A DNA stretch of 64,000 nt from an uncultured Chloroflexia bacterium (GTDB lineage Bacteria; Chloroflexota; Limnocylindria; Limnocylindrales; CSP1-4): positions 541,047-605,046 of the forward strand of contig CAVUWG010000003.1 in the NCBI GenBank assembly GCA_963745295.1, in the 5' to 3' direction. Position numbers and translations under genes: made by a program. Under the pieces are notes generated by a model. It did no database searches. It saw only the letters and a program-made list of their open reading frames with translations, and had not been told where the DNA came from. Below are positions 18,781 through 30,543 of this stretch, piece by piece (position 1 is the stretch's first letter; each line of letters starts with the position of its first letter).

Positions 18781-19834
18781 ATGAGTGCCTACAAGGAGTT
18801 CTCCGGCAAGACCGTGGAGGAAGCCCTGCGCCTGGCGCGGGAGGACTTCGAGGCTGGCCTCGATGACCTCGACTTCGAGATCCTGACGCCCGGCAGCCGC
18901 GGTGTGCTCGGCATGGGCGCCGAACCCGCCCGCATCGTGGCCGCACCGCGCGCCGCGCTCGGTGGCGCTGCCCCCAAGCGCGACGCCGCCGCCTCGACGC
19001 CTCTGCCCCCGACCAGGGACCAGGACGACCGGCCACCGCGCCGTGACGACCGTGGCCCCCGACGCGACGACCGACCGCCCCGCCGCGACGACCGACCGCC
19101 GCGACAGGACGCCGTTCCCCCGCAGGTCGACGCGCCCGTCGAGGCGCAGGCCAGTGTCGCGCCGCGGACCGACGACCGGCCGCCCCGGCCGCCGCGCCGC
19201 GACGACCGCGGCCCTCGCCGCGACGACCGGCCGCCCCGCCGCGACGACCGCCCCGCGTGGCGACGCCGCCGGCGGTGGCCTGACGGCGTCCGAGGCCGCC
19301 GAGGTGGCCGCCGCCCGTGGTTCGCTCGCCGCCGAGCGTGCCGAGCTCGAGGCGGCAGAGGCCTCGCCCGAGGCGCTCGCCGCCGGCAAGGCGATCCTCG
19401 AGCAGTTGATGACCCACCTCGGTTTCACGGTCAAGGTCGAGGTCGACACCGGCGAGACGAGCCGTCTCAACGTCGTCGGCGAAGGGGACGAGCGCGACGC
19501 GCTCGGCGCCCTCATCGGCCGCAAGGGCGAGCGCCTGTCGGCGCTCCAGCACCTCGTCAACCTCATGCTCTCCAAGGAGATGGGCAGCTGGACCCGCGTG
19601 CTGGTCGACGTCGAGGACTACCGCGGCCGGCGTGAGCGCCAGCTCCGGGACCTCGCGAATCGGGCCGCCGCCCGCGTCGTCGAGACCGGCAAGATGCTCC
19701 AACTGGAGCCGATGCCCGCGCTCGAACGGCGCTGGATCCACCTGACGCTACGCGACCACGAGGCCGTGGCGACGCAGTCGATCGGCGAGGAACCGAACCG
19801 GCGCGTCGTCCTCGTCCCGCGCGCACCGGGCTGA
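18781..19834 (+). CDS. khpB: Jag/KhpB RNA-binding protein (Jag_N, KH, R3H) interrupted by a +1 frameshift inside an RRDDRPP tandem-repeat linker at about 19255
   Basis: The N-terminal domain lies in ORF 18781..19635. The KH-R3H C-terminus lies in ORF 18902..19834, in the next frame. The frames switch inside 21-bp repeats. Confidence 0.7.
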
Positions 19835-19869
19835 CCGGCTCACCTGGACGTCACGCGGACCGCTCGGCA

Positions 19870-19888
19870 GGCGTCCCCACAGGACGCC
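19870..19888 (+). terminator. GC-rich hairpin (GGCGTCC-CCACA-GGACGCC) downstream of jag; no U-tract
   Basis: Stem-loop read directly from the sequence. It is weak as an intrinsic terminator. Confidence 0.2.
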
Positions 19889-19940
19889 CGACGGCCCACG
19901 ACGACCCGCTCGTCACGCCTGCTAGGATGTCGCTCCGCTC

Positions 19941-21779
19941 ATGACCACTCAGACCGAGGTCCTCGATCACGTCGTCACCGAGCCGCGCCGCACGTCGGTC
20001 CGGTTCCGGTTCGCGGTGGCCTTCTTCGCCGGCCTCATCGCGGCGACCGCGCTCGGGGCTGGAGCACTCTATGCGTACGACCAGCAGTACACCGGGCGGA
20101 TCGTCCCGGGCGTCCACATCGGGAACGTCGACCTTTCCGGCCTGACACCCGATGAGGCGGCCCTCCGACTCACAGAGGCGTACGGCTCGTTCGCCCAGGG
20201 AAATGTCATCGTGCAGGGCCCGGACGGTGCCGTGACCCTCGACTACGCCGGTCTCGGTCGCGGGCCGGACGTCGCGACCATGGTGTCGGAGGCGATGGCG
20301 GTGGGCCACAGCGGCAACGCCGCGGAACGGGCGATCGCCGGGGCCCGCACCGCCGTCAACGGCATCACGCTCGAGCCGCGGGTGCGCGTGGACGCGACGG
20401 CCGTCGCTGATCGGATCACGGCCCTGGCGGCGACCGTCAAGCGCACGCCGTCCGAGGCCTCGATCTCGATCGACTCGAAGTTCAAGTTCACCGTCAACCC
20501 CGGATCGGACGGCCGCGAGGCGGACCCGACCACCGCGACGGCCGCGATCCTCGCCGCGCTCGGTACGATCGAAGCGCCCGACGCCGTCACCGTCGACCTG
20601 CCGGTCACGACCGTCGAGCCGACCGTCAGCACGGTCGAGGCGACCGGGGCCAAGGCAGTCGCCGAGCGCGTGACCGCGGACATCGTCCTGACCATCGGTG
20701 ATGACGAGTACACGATCGACAACGAGAAGCTGCGCACCCTGGTCTCGTTCGCCCCCACCGTGGTCGGCGGGTACACGCCCCTCGTCGACACGACCGCACT
20801 CGACAAGGTCGTCAAGAGCCTGGCCAAGAAGATCAATCGCAAGGTCGTGAACGCCACCTACCGGATCTCGGGCGGCAAGATCAGCAGCGTCGTGCCCAGC
20901 AAGGACGGGCGGGCGCTCGATGTCGAGGCCACCACCGCGCAGGTCCGGGCGCTGCTGAAGTCCCGGTCCGACGGCGCCAGCACCGCCAAGCTCGAGCCGA
21001 CGGTCACCAAGACCGAACCGGCCCTGACCACCGCTGAAGCGAAGGCCGCGGCACCGAAGATGCGCGAGATCTCGCGCTGGACGACGCCCTTCCAGATCTA
21101 CGAGCGCAACGGCTTCGGGGCGAACATCTGGATCCCGGCGCTGACGATCGACGGCTATGTCGTCGCCCCGCACACGAAGTTCGACTTCTGGGATGCGGTC
21201 GGGACCATCAGTCGGGCGAAGGGCTACAAGCAGGGCGGCGCCATCATCGACGGCCGGACGGAGCCGCAGGGCGCCCTCGCCGGCGGCATCTGCTCATGCT
21301 CGACGACCCTCTTCAACGCCGCCCTCCGCGCCGGCTTCAAGATGGGCGCACGGCGCAACCACTTCTACTACATCGATCGATACCCGCTCGGCCTCGACGC
21401 GACAGTCTTCATCAGCGGCTCGGGTTCCAAGCAGACGATGTCGTTCACGAACGACACGGACTACCCGGTCCTCATCCGCGGCTACAAGATCCGCAACGGG
21501 TCGCGCGGCTTCGTCCGGTTCGCCCTGTTCAGCGTGCCGAACGGCCGCCGGACGACCTTCAGCCGGCCGATCGTCAGGAACATCCGCCGCGCGTCGGACA
21601 CGGTCCAGTACACGTCATCGCTCGCGCCCGGCGTTCGGGAGCGGATCGAGTTCCCGGTGGATGGCAAGCAGGTCTGGGTGACGCGGACCGTGCGCGACAA
21701 GAAGGGCAAGCTCGTCCACCGCGAGACCTACTTCTCCAACTACGCGCGCATCACCGGCGTCACGCTCGTCGGCCGCTAG
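19941..21779 (+). CDS. VanW family protein (N-terminal TM anchor, PG-binding-like region, VanW domain)
   Basis: GGICSCSTTLFNAALRAG matches the VanW signature. 612 aa. Confidence 0.8.
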   Translation: MTTQTEVLDHVVTEPRRTSVRFRFAVAFFAGLIAATALGAGALYAYDQQYTGRIVPGVHIGNVDLSGLTPDEAALRLTEAYGSFAQGNVIVQGPDGAVTLDYAGLGRGPDVATMVSEAMAVGHSGNAAERAIAGARTAVNGITLEPRVRVDATAVADRITALAATVKRTPSEASISIDSKFKFTVNPGSDGREADPTTATAAILAALGTIEAPDAVTVDLPVTTVEPTVSTVEATGAKAVAERVTADIVLTIGDDEYTIDNEKLRTLVSFAPTVVGGYTPLVDTTALDKVVKSLAKKINRKVVNATYRISGGKISSVVPSKDGRALDVEATTAQVRALLKSRSDGASTAKLEPTVTKTEPALTTAEAKAAAPKMREISRWTTPFQIYERNGFGANIWIPALTIDGYVVAPHTKFDFWDAVGTISRAKGYKQGGAIIDGRTEPQGALAGGICSCSTTLFNAALRAGFKMGARRNHFYYIDRYPLGLDATVFISGSGSKQTMSFTNDTDYPVLIRGYKIRNGSRGFVRFALFSVPNGRRTTFSRPIVRNIRRASDTVQYTSSLAPGVRERIEFPVDGKQVWVTRTVRDKKGKLVHRETYFSNYARITGVTLVGR

Positions 21780-23599
21780 CCCGGATCCGGTCCCGCCACC
21801 GACCGAGCCGGCCGACCGCGGCCAGCTCTCCTGACGACGAGGCGGATGCTGCCGGGCCCGAGTGGCGCCGAAGCCCCTGGGCGATCGCCTCGGCCTCGCG
21901 CGAGTCGACGCCGAACCTGCGCAGCGAGTACCGGACCATCTGGACCGCCAGCTCGCGCTCGCCGTGTACGGCCTGGACGCGACCGCTGACTGCGCGAAGG
22001 TCGGCCGCCTCGGTATCGCTGTGGGTGCGCACGACGTAGTCGATCGCCGGGTTGGCCGCAAGCGCCCGCTCGACGACCAGGCGCGTGACGTGCGGATCGG
22101 AGCTGGCCACGATGACGAGTCGGGCCGTCCGAACGTGGGCCCGCTCGAGGACCTCGGCGTTCGAGGCGTCCCCGTAGATCGCGGCGATGCCACGCGCCCG
22201 GAGCTGTTCCACCTCGCGTCGCTGGAGCGTGATGACGACGTACCGGAACCCGCGCCGGTCCAGGGCCGGGCCGATCAGGCGACCGACCCGACCGAAGCCG
22301 CACAGGATCGCATGCCCTCGGAGCGGGGTCTCGTCCTCGGCGGATCCGAGGACCGCGAGGCCGCCGGCCTGCCGCTCGAGCCAGCGGGTCAGGACCGGGA
22401 GCGCCGCGGAGGCGGCGGTCCAGCGGATCGACGACGCGGAACAGGAACGGATTGATCGCGATCGAGAGGAGCGAGCCAGCGACGATGAGCTGGAACCCCT
22501 CGGTGGGCAGCAGCCCGAGGGTCAGCCCGACCGTGCCCAGGATGAACGAGAACTCACCGATCTGGGCCAGTCCGACGCCGACGGTCAGGCCCGTCCGGAG
22601 CGGGTAACCGAACAGCGTGACGATCGCGAACTTCACGATCGACTTGGACACGACCACCAGCCCGACCATCGCGAGGATCGCGAGCGGATACGTGATGAGG
22701 AAGTTCGGGTCCAGCAGCATCCCGACCGACACGAAGAAGAGGACCGCGAAGGCGTCACGCAGCGGCAGGGCGTCGGCAGCCGCCTGGTGGCTCATGTCCG
22801 ATTCCCCGACGACCGCGCCGGCGAGGAACGCGCCGAGGGCGAACGAGACGCCGAACACGGTCGATGAGACGAACGCGATGCCGAGGGCGATGGCCAGCAC
22901 CGCGAGCGTGAACAGCTCCCGCGAGCCCTGTTGGGCGACGTGGTTCAGGAGCCAGGGGACGAACCGCGCGCCGCCGACGATCATGACGACCGCGAAGATC
23001 GCGGCCTTGCCGAGCGCGAGGGCGACGCTCCCGACCGCGCCCATGCCGTCGGTCGGGCCGCTTCCGGTCGTGCCGAGGAGCGACGCGATCGTCGGGAGCA
23101 CCACCAGGATCACGACCGTGAACAGGTCCTCGACGATGAGCCAGCCGACCGCGATCCGGCCCTGCGGCGCGTCGAGCTCGCCGCGGTCGTCGAGGGTCCG
23201 CAGCAGGACGACGGTGCTCGCGACCGACGCGGCGAGGCCGAGGATGAGGCCCGCCCCGATCCCCCAGCCGAGCGCCACTCCGAGCCCGACCCCCAGGAAG
23301 GTCGCCACGACGAACTGGCCGACGGCGCCCGGGATGGCGATCCGCCGAACGGCGAGGAGGTCCTTGATCGAGAACTCGATCCCGACCCCGAACATCAGCA
23401 GGATCACGCCGATCTCGGCGAGCTCACTGGCGATCTGCGTGTCCGCGATGATGCCCGGCGTGAACGGGCCGAGCGCCACCCCCGCGGCGATGTAGCCGAC
23501 GATAGTCGGGAGCCGGAGACGCTGCGCGATCAGCCCGCCGATGAACGCGGCAACGAGCCCGATGGCGATGGTCGAGATGAGGACGGGCTCGTGGTCCAT
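21760..23599 (-). CDS. KefB-like monovalent cation:proton antiporter (CPA2) with C-terminal RCK/TrkA-N domain; apparent +1 insertion near 22400-22420 separates the domains
   Basis: The 13-TM antiporter core lies in ORF 21776..23599. The RCK domain (RGHAILCGFGRVGRLIG) is in another frame, represented by ORF 21760..22212 and its open upstream extension. Confidence 0.7.
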
Positions 23600-23751
23600 G
23601 GCTCCTCCCGACGAGGGGGTGGGCGCAGGACTGGCGCGGGTCCGTGCCAGAACGACGACTGGGTGGCCCGGACACGATACCCCATGCCGGGCCCCACCCG
23701 GCCGTCAACCGGCCCGAACGGCCGTGCCGGCGCCCGGTCCGCCGTGAGCCC

Positions 23752-24573
23752 CTAGGCGACCGCGGCTCCGTCGGCCATCAGCGTGGTCGTGTCGCGGCGT
23801 CGCATGGCCTGCCGCTGGAGGCGCTCGACGCTGAACACGACGCCCGCGGCGAAGATCCCGGCGGGCACGTAGAAGACGAGACCGAATTGCTGCCCGACGA
23901 GCTGGGCCTGGAACATCGATGCGTCCTCGCCGCCGAGGACCCGCCCGAAAACCACGACGCTCGATCCGAAGAACCACAGCAGGATGCAGATCCACCACAC
24001 GACTGCGAGGAGGATCGCGCCGCCCGGTCGATCAACGAGCTGCGAGCAGACCTCGCGGACCACCGAGAACGGGCGCTTGATGTTGATGATGGGGACCCAG
24101 GCGCCCAACAACGCGGCGAGCCACCCGTAGCGCGGATAGCGCATGACGAGCGCCGGCACGTTCGCGATGACCCGGGCGATCCAGATCGACCAGACGACGA
24201 CCCCGAGCAGGAATGAGCCCACCCAGATGGCGGTCATGCGGATGACCTCGGCCTGGAGGTCGGCATCGCCGATGAACCGTCCATCCTTGTCGACGATCGC
24301 TGACGCGGCGTCGATCTGGAGCACGCTCGAGACGGTGGCGATGGCGATCAGCGGGATCAGGACGAGCGCGAGCGGCCAGGTGGCCACGTACCGGGCACCG
24401 ACTCGCTCGATCTGGGCGGCGAGGGTCCGTTCCTCCTGCTTCACCGACGTCGTCATCGCCGCCGTCGCGTCGGTCATCTCGGCGACCTTGCGCGGCACGT
24501 GACAGCGGTAGCAGCGGTCGGACTTGGCCTTGTTGAACGATCGACAGTCGCCACAGACCCAGGAATCAGCCAT
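23752..24573 (-). CDS. Zinc-ribbon plus DUF4328-like membrane protein
   Basis: N-terminal CGDCRSFNKAKSDRCYRCH zinc ribbon followed by four TM helices. Confidence 0.5.
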   Translation of the reverse strand: MADSWVCGDCRSFNKAKSDRCYRCHVPRKVAEMTDATAAMTTSVKQEERTLAAQIERVGARYVATWPLALVLIPLIAIATVSSVLQIDAASAIVDKDGRFIGDADLQAEVIRMTAIWVGSFLLGVVVWSIWIARVIANVPALVMRYPRYGWLAALLGAWVPIINIKRPFSVVREVCSQLVDRPGGAILLAVVWWICILLWFFGSSVVVFGRVLGGEDASMFQAQLVGQQFGLVFYVPAGIFAAGVVFSVERLQRQAMRRRDTTTLMADGAAVA

Positions 24574-24593
24574 CGGTCTCCTTCACGAAGGGG

Positions 24594-25946
24594 TCATGGT
24601 GCCGCGAGGGTGACGACGAGCCGGGGCGGGTGAGCGCCCTGGCGGGACGAGGCCGCCAGCCCGTCGGCCGACCCGGAGCGCAGGAGGAACGCGTAGGTGC
24701 CGTTGCCGGTGACCGCAGCCGTGACGTCGAAGTCGGCCCAGCGACCCGCGCGCAGCGCGCCCGCGTTCGCGAGGACAGGTCCGGTCGGACCGGGCCGGTT
24801 GCGCCATGTCAGCGTGCGACCGGCCCAGCTCGTCCGTGTCGGGGCGACCGTCGGGCCGTTCCCGGTGGGGTTCGTGACCCACAACCGCAGCACGGCCCGC
24901 TCCACGGTCCCGACGAGACCGGTGAGCTTGAACTTGACGTAGCTTCGGAGGTCCAGCCCTCGACCCGCATCGCCATCGCTGTAGAGCCGCGGGGACGTCC
25001 CATGGTTCGCGCGCGGGTGCCGCTGGTCGACCCACGCGTCGGAGGTGGCCTTGAACGACCTCGAAGCCGGCCCGTGAGGCGTGCCGGTCCCGGCGTCCGT
25101 GAACGACTCGCCGGCGATCGGGACGAACTGCCAGTCGTACGAGTTGGCATGGAGAGTGAGCTTCAGGACGCCGAATGCCTCCGCGAATACCTGGCTGTTC
25201 CTGGCGGTCGAGCTCTTGGCGCGCAGTCCACGACCCCCTGTCCCGACGACGAACTCGCGGATCCCGTGGGCCGAGTCGGCGTTGCCGCTCGGGTCCTGCG
25301 GCGCGAAGCGCTCGTAGTCGTGGTCGTGGCCGTTGAGGACGACGTCCGCACCGGCCGCATACAGGGCGTTCCAGAACGGCTGGACCGACTCGTCGTTGCC
25401 GTGCTGCCCGGAGCTGAAACGCGGGTGATGCCAGTACGCGATCACGTGATCGCCGGCGTTGGCGGCCAGGTCGGCCCGCAACCACGTGACCTGGGCGGAG
25501 TTCGTCCCACAGCCGACATCGCCGCAGTTCGAGTTCAGCACGATCAGGTGCCAGCGCCCGACGTCGTAGCTGTACCAACCCTGACCGGCCGGACCTGCGG
25601 CGGCCCCGAAGTAGCCGAAGTAGCCCGCGGCACCGGGTGTCCCGTACTCGTGGTTGCCGGGCGACGGCTTCGTTCGCGCCTTGTGCCGGCCCCAGGTCGG
25701 GGCGTAGCAGTCCCGGAATTGCGCGGCAGTGCCCGACGGGTACACGTTGTCGCCGAACGTGAGGACCGTGCCGGAGATGTCGTCGAGGAGCGATGCGGTC
25801 GCCTCGTCCTCGGCCGACCCGCAGTCGCTGATGTCGCCGGCGCCCACGACGACCGGGTCCGCCGCGGCGACCGGCGCAGGGGCGATGACCAGCGAGGCGG
25901 TCAGGAACGCCGAGAGGATGGCCGAGATCGCGAGCGTGCGGGTCAT
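24594..25946 (-). CDS. Secreted calcineurin-like metallophosphoesterase
   Basis: Signal peptide, then GDNVY, GNHEY and GHDHDYER metal-binding motifs, then a C-terminal beta-rich domain. Confidence 0.75.
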   Translation of the reverse strand: MTRTLAISAILSAFLTASLVIAPAPVAAADPVVVGAGDISDCGSAEDEATASLLDDISGTVLTFGDNVYPSGTAAQFRDCYAPTWGRHKARTKPSPGNHEYGTPGAAGYFGYFGAAAGPAGQGWYSYDVGRWHLIVLNSNCGDVGCGTNSAQVTWLRADLAANAGDHVIAYWHHPRFSSGQHGNDESVQPFWNALYAAGADVVLNGHDHDYERFAPQDPSGNADSAHGIREFVVGTGGRGLRAKSSTARNSQVFAEAFGVLKLTLHANSYDWQFVPIAGESFTDAGTGTPHGPASRSFKATSDAWVDQRHPRANHGTSPRLYSDGDAGRGLDLRSYVKFKLTGLVGTVERAVLRLWVTNPTGNGPTVAPTRTSWAGRTLTWRNRPGPTGPVLANAGALRAGRWADFDVTAAVTGNGTYAFLLRSGSADGLAASSRQGAHPPRLVVTLAAP

Positions 25947-26006
25947 GCGGTCGCCCCACCATACGCGCCGTTCGCAAGCGGCGGCCCAGGGACGAACGTA
26001 CGCCCC

Positions 26007-27287
26007 TCAGGTGGGCACCGTTGCCGGGGCGGCCCCTTCGTCCTGCTTCGGGATCATCGTCGCAGCCAGGACCGCCGCCAGCACCGCGGCCGCCACCCCG
26101 ACGATGATCGAGGCTTCGATCGATGTCGCCGCCAGCACCCCGGCGATGACGGCGCCGGTCGGGTAGCCAAGGAAGTTGAACGCCATCGAGACCGCGAACG
26201 CCCGACCCATCCAGGCGACATCGGTGCGGCGTTGCCGGACCGTGAACAGGGCGATGTCGGCCGGACCCTGCAGGAAACCGTAGCCGCCCATCGCGATGGC
26301 CGCGGCGATGAACCCGACGGCGGGGTCGGCCGCGCCGGCGGCCACCAGCAGGATCGCCAGCGTCGGCCCGACCAGGAGCATCGGGATGACCAGCAGCGGC
26401 CATTCGCGGCCGCGCGTGTCCTGACGGCCGAACCAGAGCGCCGACGCCATCCCGGTCACGCCACTGATGGCGAAGACCACGCCCACGAGCGCCTCGCCGG
26501 CATGCAGCCGCTCGAGCACGATGAGCGGGATGACGATCGTGATCATCCCGCCCGCGATGTTCAGCGCCGAGATCGAGAACCCGAGGCCCCGCAGGGTCGG
26601 GTTGGCCCACGTGTACTTGACGCCGTCCCAGGCGTCGCGCAGCAGGCGGCCGGTCGAGTCGCTCAGCGACGGCGGGTCTGGCGCCCCGATGAGGGCGACC
26701 GCCGCGAGACCGAACGTCACCCCGATGACGATGAGCGCGACGGGACCGCCTGCGACGGTCACGAGCGTGGCGGCGATCGGCGGCCCGAGGATGGTCGCGA
26801 CGACATAGCCGTTCGAGTCGATGGCGTTGACGCGTTCCCAGAGATGCTCAGGCACGATCATCGGCAGGAGGCTGCGCATGCCGGTGTGGCTGAGGATGCT
26901 CGTCAGCGACGAGACGATCGTGATCAGCACGAGCAGCTCGGGCGGCAGGGCGTCGGCCAGCGCCAGGACCCCGATCAGGACCATGGCCACCAGGGCGACG
27001 ATGAAGTCGATGATGATCAGGCGCGTCCGACCGTGGCGATCGAGGAGCGCCCCGGCGATGGGGGCGACCACCAGGCCCGGGAAGATGCTGGCGAACGTCA
27101 CGACCCCCGCCAGGGCCGGCGAGTCGTACTCGGTGAGGACGAAGAGCACGAGCGCCACGCTGACCATGGACGTGGCGACGCGCGAGATCTGCATCGAGAG
27201 CAGGATCCGGCCGAGGCGCGGGATCGCGAGCAGGGCACGGTACGAAGCTTCCGGGGTCTCCGGAGCCTCATCAGGCTGGGGGATCAC
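26007..27287 (-). CDS. MFS transporter
   Basis: 12-TM profile. Intact 426-aa ORF. Confidence 0.8.
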   Translation of the reverse strand: MIPQPDEAPETPEASYRALLAIPRLGRILLSMQISRVATSMVSVALVLFVLTEYDSPALAGVVTFASIFPGLVVAPIAGALLDRHGRTRLIIIDFIVALVAMVLIGVLALADALPPELLVLITIVSSLTSILSHTGMRSLLPMIVPEHLWERVNAIDSNGYVVATILGPPIAATLVTVAGGPVALIVIGVTFGLAAVALIGAPDPPSLSDSTGRLLRDAWDGVKYTWANPTLRGLGFSISALNIAGGMITIVIPLIVLERLHAGEALVGVVFAISGVTGMASALWFGRQDTRGREWPLLVIPMLLVGPTLAILLVAAGAADPAVGFIAAAIAMGGYGFLQGPADIALFTVRQRRTDVAWMGRAFAVSMAFNFLGYPTGAVIAGVLAATSIEASIIVGVAAAVLAAVLAATMIPKQDEGAAPATVPT

Positions 27288-27355
27288 CCTCGCATGCTAT
27301 CGAGGCTGGCGCCTCGCGTCATGGGAGGCCGGCCCGCGACCGGCATCTGCGCCGG

Positions 27356-30300
27356 TCAGGTCGCCAGGCCGGTCACCGGTGCTGTCGGCGTCGGCGGCTC
27401 ATCGGTCGTCGTTCGGCCGAAGCGCAGATAGAGGACCGGCACGAGGAACAGGTTCAGGAGTGTCGAGGTCACCAGGCCGCCAAGGATGACGATGGCCATC
27501 GGGTGCTCGATCTCGTGACCCGGCAGGTCGCCGGCGATGACGAGCGGGACGAGCGCGAGACCGGTGGCCAGCGCCGTCATGAGGATCGGTGACAGCCGCT
27601 CCCTGGCGCCCCGGATGATGAGCCCGACGCCCCACGGCTCACCCTCGAACCGCTCGAGATGCTGGTAGTGGTTGATGAGCATGATCCCGTTGCGGGCCGC
27701 GATCCCGAGGACGGTGAAGAACCCGACCAGCGACCCGAGCGAGATGACCCCACCGCCGAGGCTGGCCGCGAGAATCCCGCCGACGAGGGCCGATGGCAGG
27801 GCGACGAACGAGACGAGCGCGAGACGCGTGCTGCCGAATGCCGCCTGGAGCAACAGGAAGATGCCGATCGCCGCCCCGAGCGCGAAGAGCATCAGGCGAT
27901 CCGACGCCGCCTGCCGCTCGGCGAACTCGCCGATGCAGCTCCGGGTGGTACTCGAGCGGCCAGTCGATCGACGCGATGGCGGCCTCGACGTCGCTGACGA
28001 CGGCCCCGAGGTCACGGCCCTCGACATTCGCCCCGACGTCGATCCGGCGTGAACTGCCCTCGCGGTTGATCACGTTGGGGGTCGGCTTGATGCTGACGTC
28101 AGCGACGTCGTCGAGGCGCACCTGGCTCCCGTCGGGCGTGTCGAGGAGGATGCCGCGGATGCTTGAGAGGCTGTTGCGGACCTCCGGCGAGCCCCAGATC
28201 CGCACGTCGAAGATCTTGCCCTCGCGGTACGTGTCGTTGACCTCCTCGCTAGCGACCAGAGCCGACACGGCCCGCCGGACGTCACCGGGCTTGAGGCCGT
28301 GGCGCTCCGCTGCGGCGAGGTCCACCTGGATGTCGATCTGCGGGATCTCGGTCTGCAGCTGGACATGGAGATCGATGATCCCGGGGATCGCCTCCATGGC
28401 CTCCTCGAGCTCCTCGGCCTTGACGTGGAGCGTGTCGAGCTCCGGGCCGAAGATCCGGATCGTGATCGCCTCACTCGAGCCGGTGAGCACCTCGCGGATG
28501 CGTTCCTTGAGATAGGTCTGCACGTCGCGCTGGAGCCCCGGGTAGCCGTCGACGACCTCCTGGATGTGCGCCACGGTGTCCTCGTAGTCGACCGCCGGAT
28601 CGACGCTGACCCAGTTCTCGCCGAAGTACATGCCGACGACTTCGTCCGCAGCCAGTGCCTGCCCGATGTGGGCACCGAAGTTGCGCACGCCCGGGATCTC
28701 CCGCAGCTCCTTGCTCGCCTGGGTCGTGATGCGGACCATCTCCGGGTGCGAGGCGCTCGGGGTCGTCAGCCAATGCATGAGGAAGTCGCGTTCCTTGAAC
28801 GAGGGCAGCAGCGACTGGCCGAGACCGGGAAGGACCAGCGAGACCCGCAAGGACGACGGTCCCGGCGGCGGCCCACGCCGCGCGCGGCTGGGCGACGACC
28901 CGGGCCAGGATCCGGCTGTAGCGCGCCTGGAGCCATCGCACGAGGCTCGATTCGCGTCGCTCGATCGGAGCGTTGCGCAGCAGGATGAGGGCCAGCGCCG
29001 GTGTGACCGTCAAGGCGACGAGCATCGACGCCAGGACCGCCAGGCCGTATGAGATCGCCAGGGGTTGGAAGAATGCGCCCGACAGGCCGCCGATCATGAA
29101 CACGGGGATCAAGGCCACGACATCGATGAGCGTCGCGTACACGATCGCGCTGCGGACCTCCAGCGATGCCTCGAGGATCACCGTGTGGGTCGACTTCGGG
29201 ATCCCCTCGCGCCGTGCCTGGCGCAGGCGTCTCACGATGTTCTCGACATCGATGATGGCGTCGTCGACGACGACCCCGACGGCGATGACGAAGCCCGCGA
29301 GGACCATGGTGTTGAGCGTCGCACCACCCGCGGACAGCACGACGGCGGCCGCCATGAGCGAGAGCGGGATCGCGATGACGCTGATCAGGGCCGTCCGCCA
29401 GTCGAAGAGGAACAGGAGCAGGACGGCGACGACCAGCAGGACGCCGAGCAGCAGGGCATTGCTCAGGTTGCCGATCGCATCCTCGATGAACGTGGCCGGA
29501 CGGAAGATCGCGGCGTCGACCTCGATCCCCGGCAGCGCCGGCTCGAGGACCGCCAGCGCCTCCTCGACGCCACGCGTCACGTCCAGCGTGTTCGCCCATG
29601 GGAACTTCTCGACGATCAGCAGCAGGCCTTCGCCGTCGTTGATGACCGCATCGCCGATGAGGGGCTGATGCCCCACCACGACGTCCGCGACGTCGCCGAT
29701 CCTGGTCACCCGCGTGCCGTCCGCCTCGACCACGACCTCGCGGAGGTCCAGTTCGTCCGCCATCGGCTGGACGTGCGACACGGCCAATCGCTGGTTGGGC
29801 GTCTCGACGAACCCGCCGGTCCCCACCGACGCGCCGTTCGCGAATTTGAGTAGACCTGCATCGAGCGCATCGGCCGTCGCCGTCATCATCTGGTTGAGGG
29901 TCAGCCCGTTCGCGGCCAGCCGTTCGGGCTCCACATACACGTGCAACATGCGATTGCGCTGACCCCAGATCGCGACATTCGCGACGCCCGGGACCTCCAT
30001 GAGGCGCGGGCGGATCTTCCAGCGCGCCATCAATGACAGGTCGATGAGGTCCACCGTGTCGGACGACAACCCGATCTTCATCGTCCGGCTCGTCGCCGAG
30101 AGCGGCTGGATCATCACGGGCGGCGTGGTCCAGGACGGCAGCGTCGGGGCGACGGTGGCCAGCCGCTCCTGGATGAGCTGGCGCGCATCCAGGAGGTCCG
30201 TCCCGGGCTCGAGGATCATCACGATCGAGGAGAGCTGCGGGACGGACTTGGAGCGCATGACGTCGAGCCCCGGGAGGCCCTGGAGCGCCTGCTCCAGCGG

Positions 30301-30501
30301 GATCGTGACGAGTGATTCGATCTCCGACGTGGAGAGCCCCACCGAGGCCGTCTGGATCTCGACGCGGGGCGGCGCGAATTCGGGGAAGACGTCCACCGGC
30401 ATGTCGCGCACCTGGCCGATGCCGAAGAACATCAGCGCGGCCGCCATGCCCAGCACGATGAAGCGGAACCGCAGGCTCAAGCCCACGATCCGCCGCATCA
30501 T
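27356..30501 (-). pseudogene. RND efflux permease paralog disrupted by at least two single-base insertions (about 28860 and 27965)
   Basis: Three colinear fragments (ORFs 28471..30501, 27639..28850, 27356..28027) align end-to-end with the intact neighbour. Each successive fragment sits in the adjacent frame, consistent with +1 insertions. Confidence 0.7.
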
Positions 30502-30543
30502 GGTGTCGGCCCTCCAGCGCCCGCGGTCATCGCCGGCCGGGCC

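Noticed and set aside
21760-22212. Stand-alone 150-aa TrkA-C-like ORF
   Set aside because: It is the RCK domain of the KefB-like antiporter, continuous with an upstream open frame. It is reported as part of that gene, not as a separate gene.
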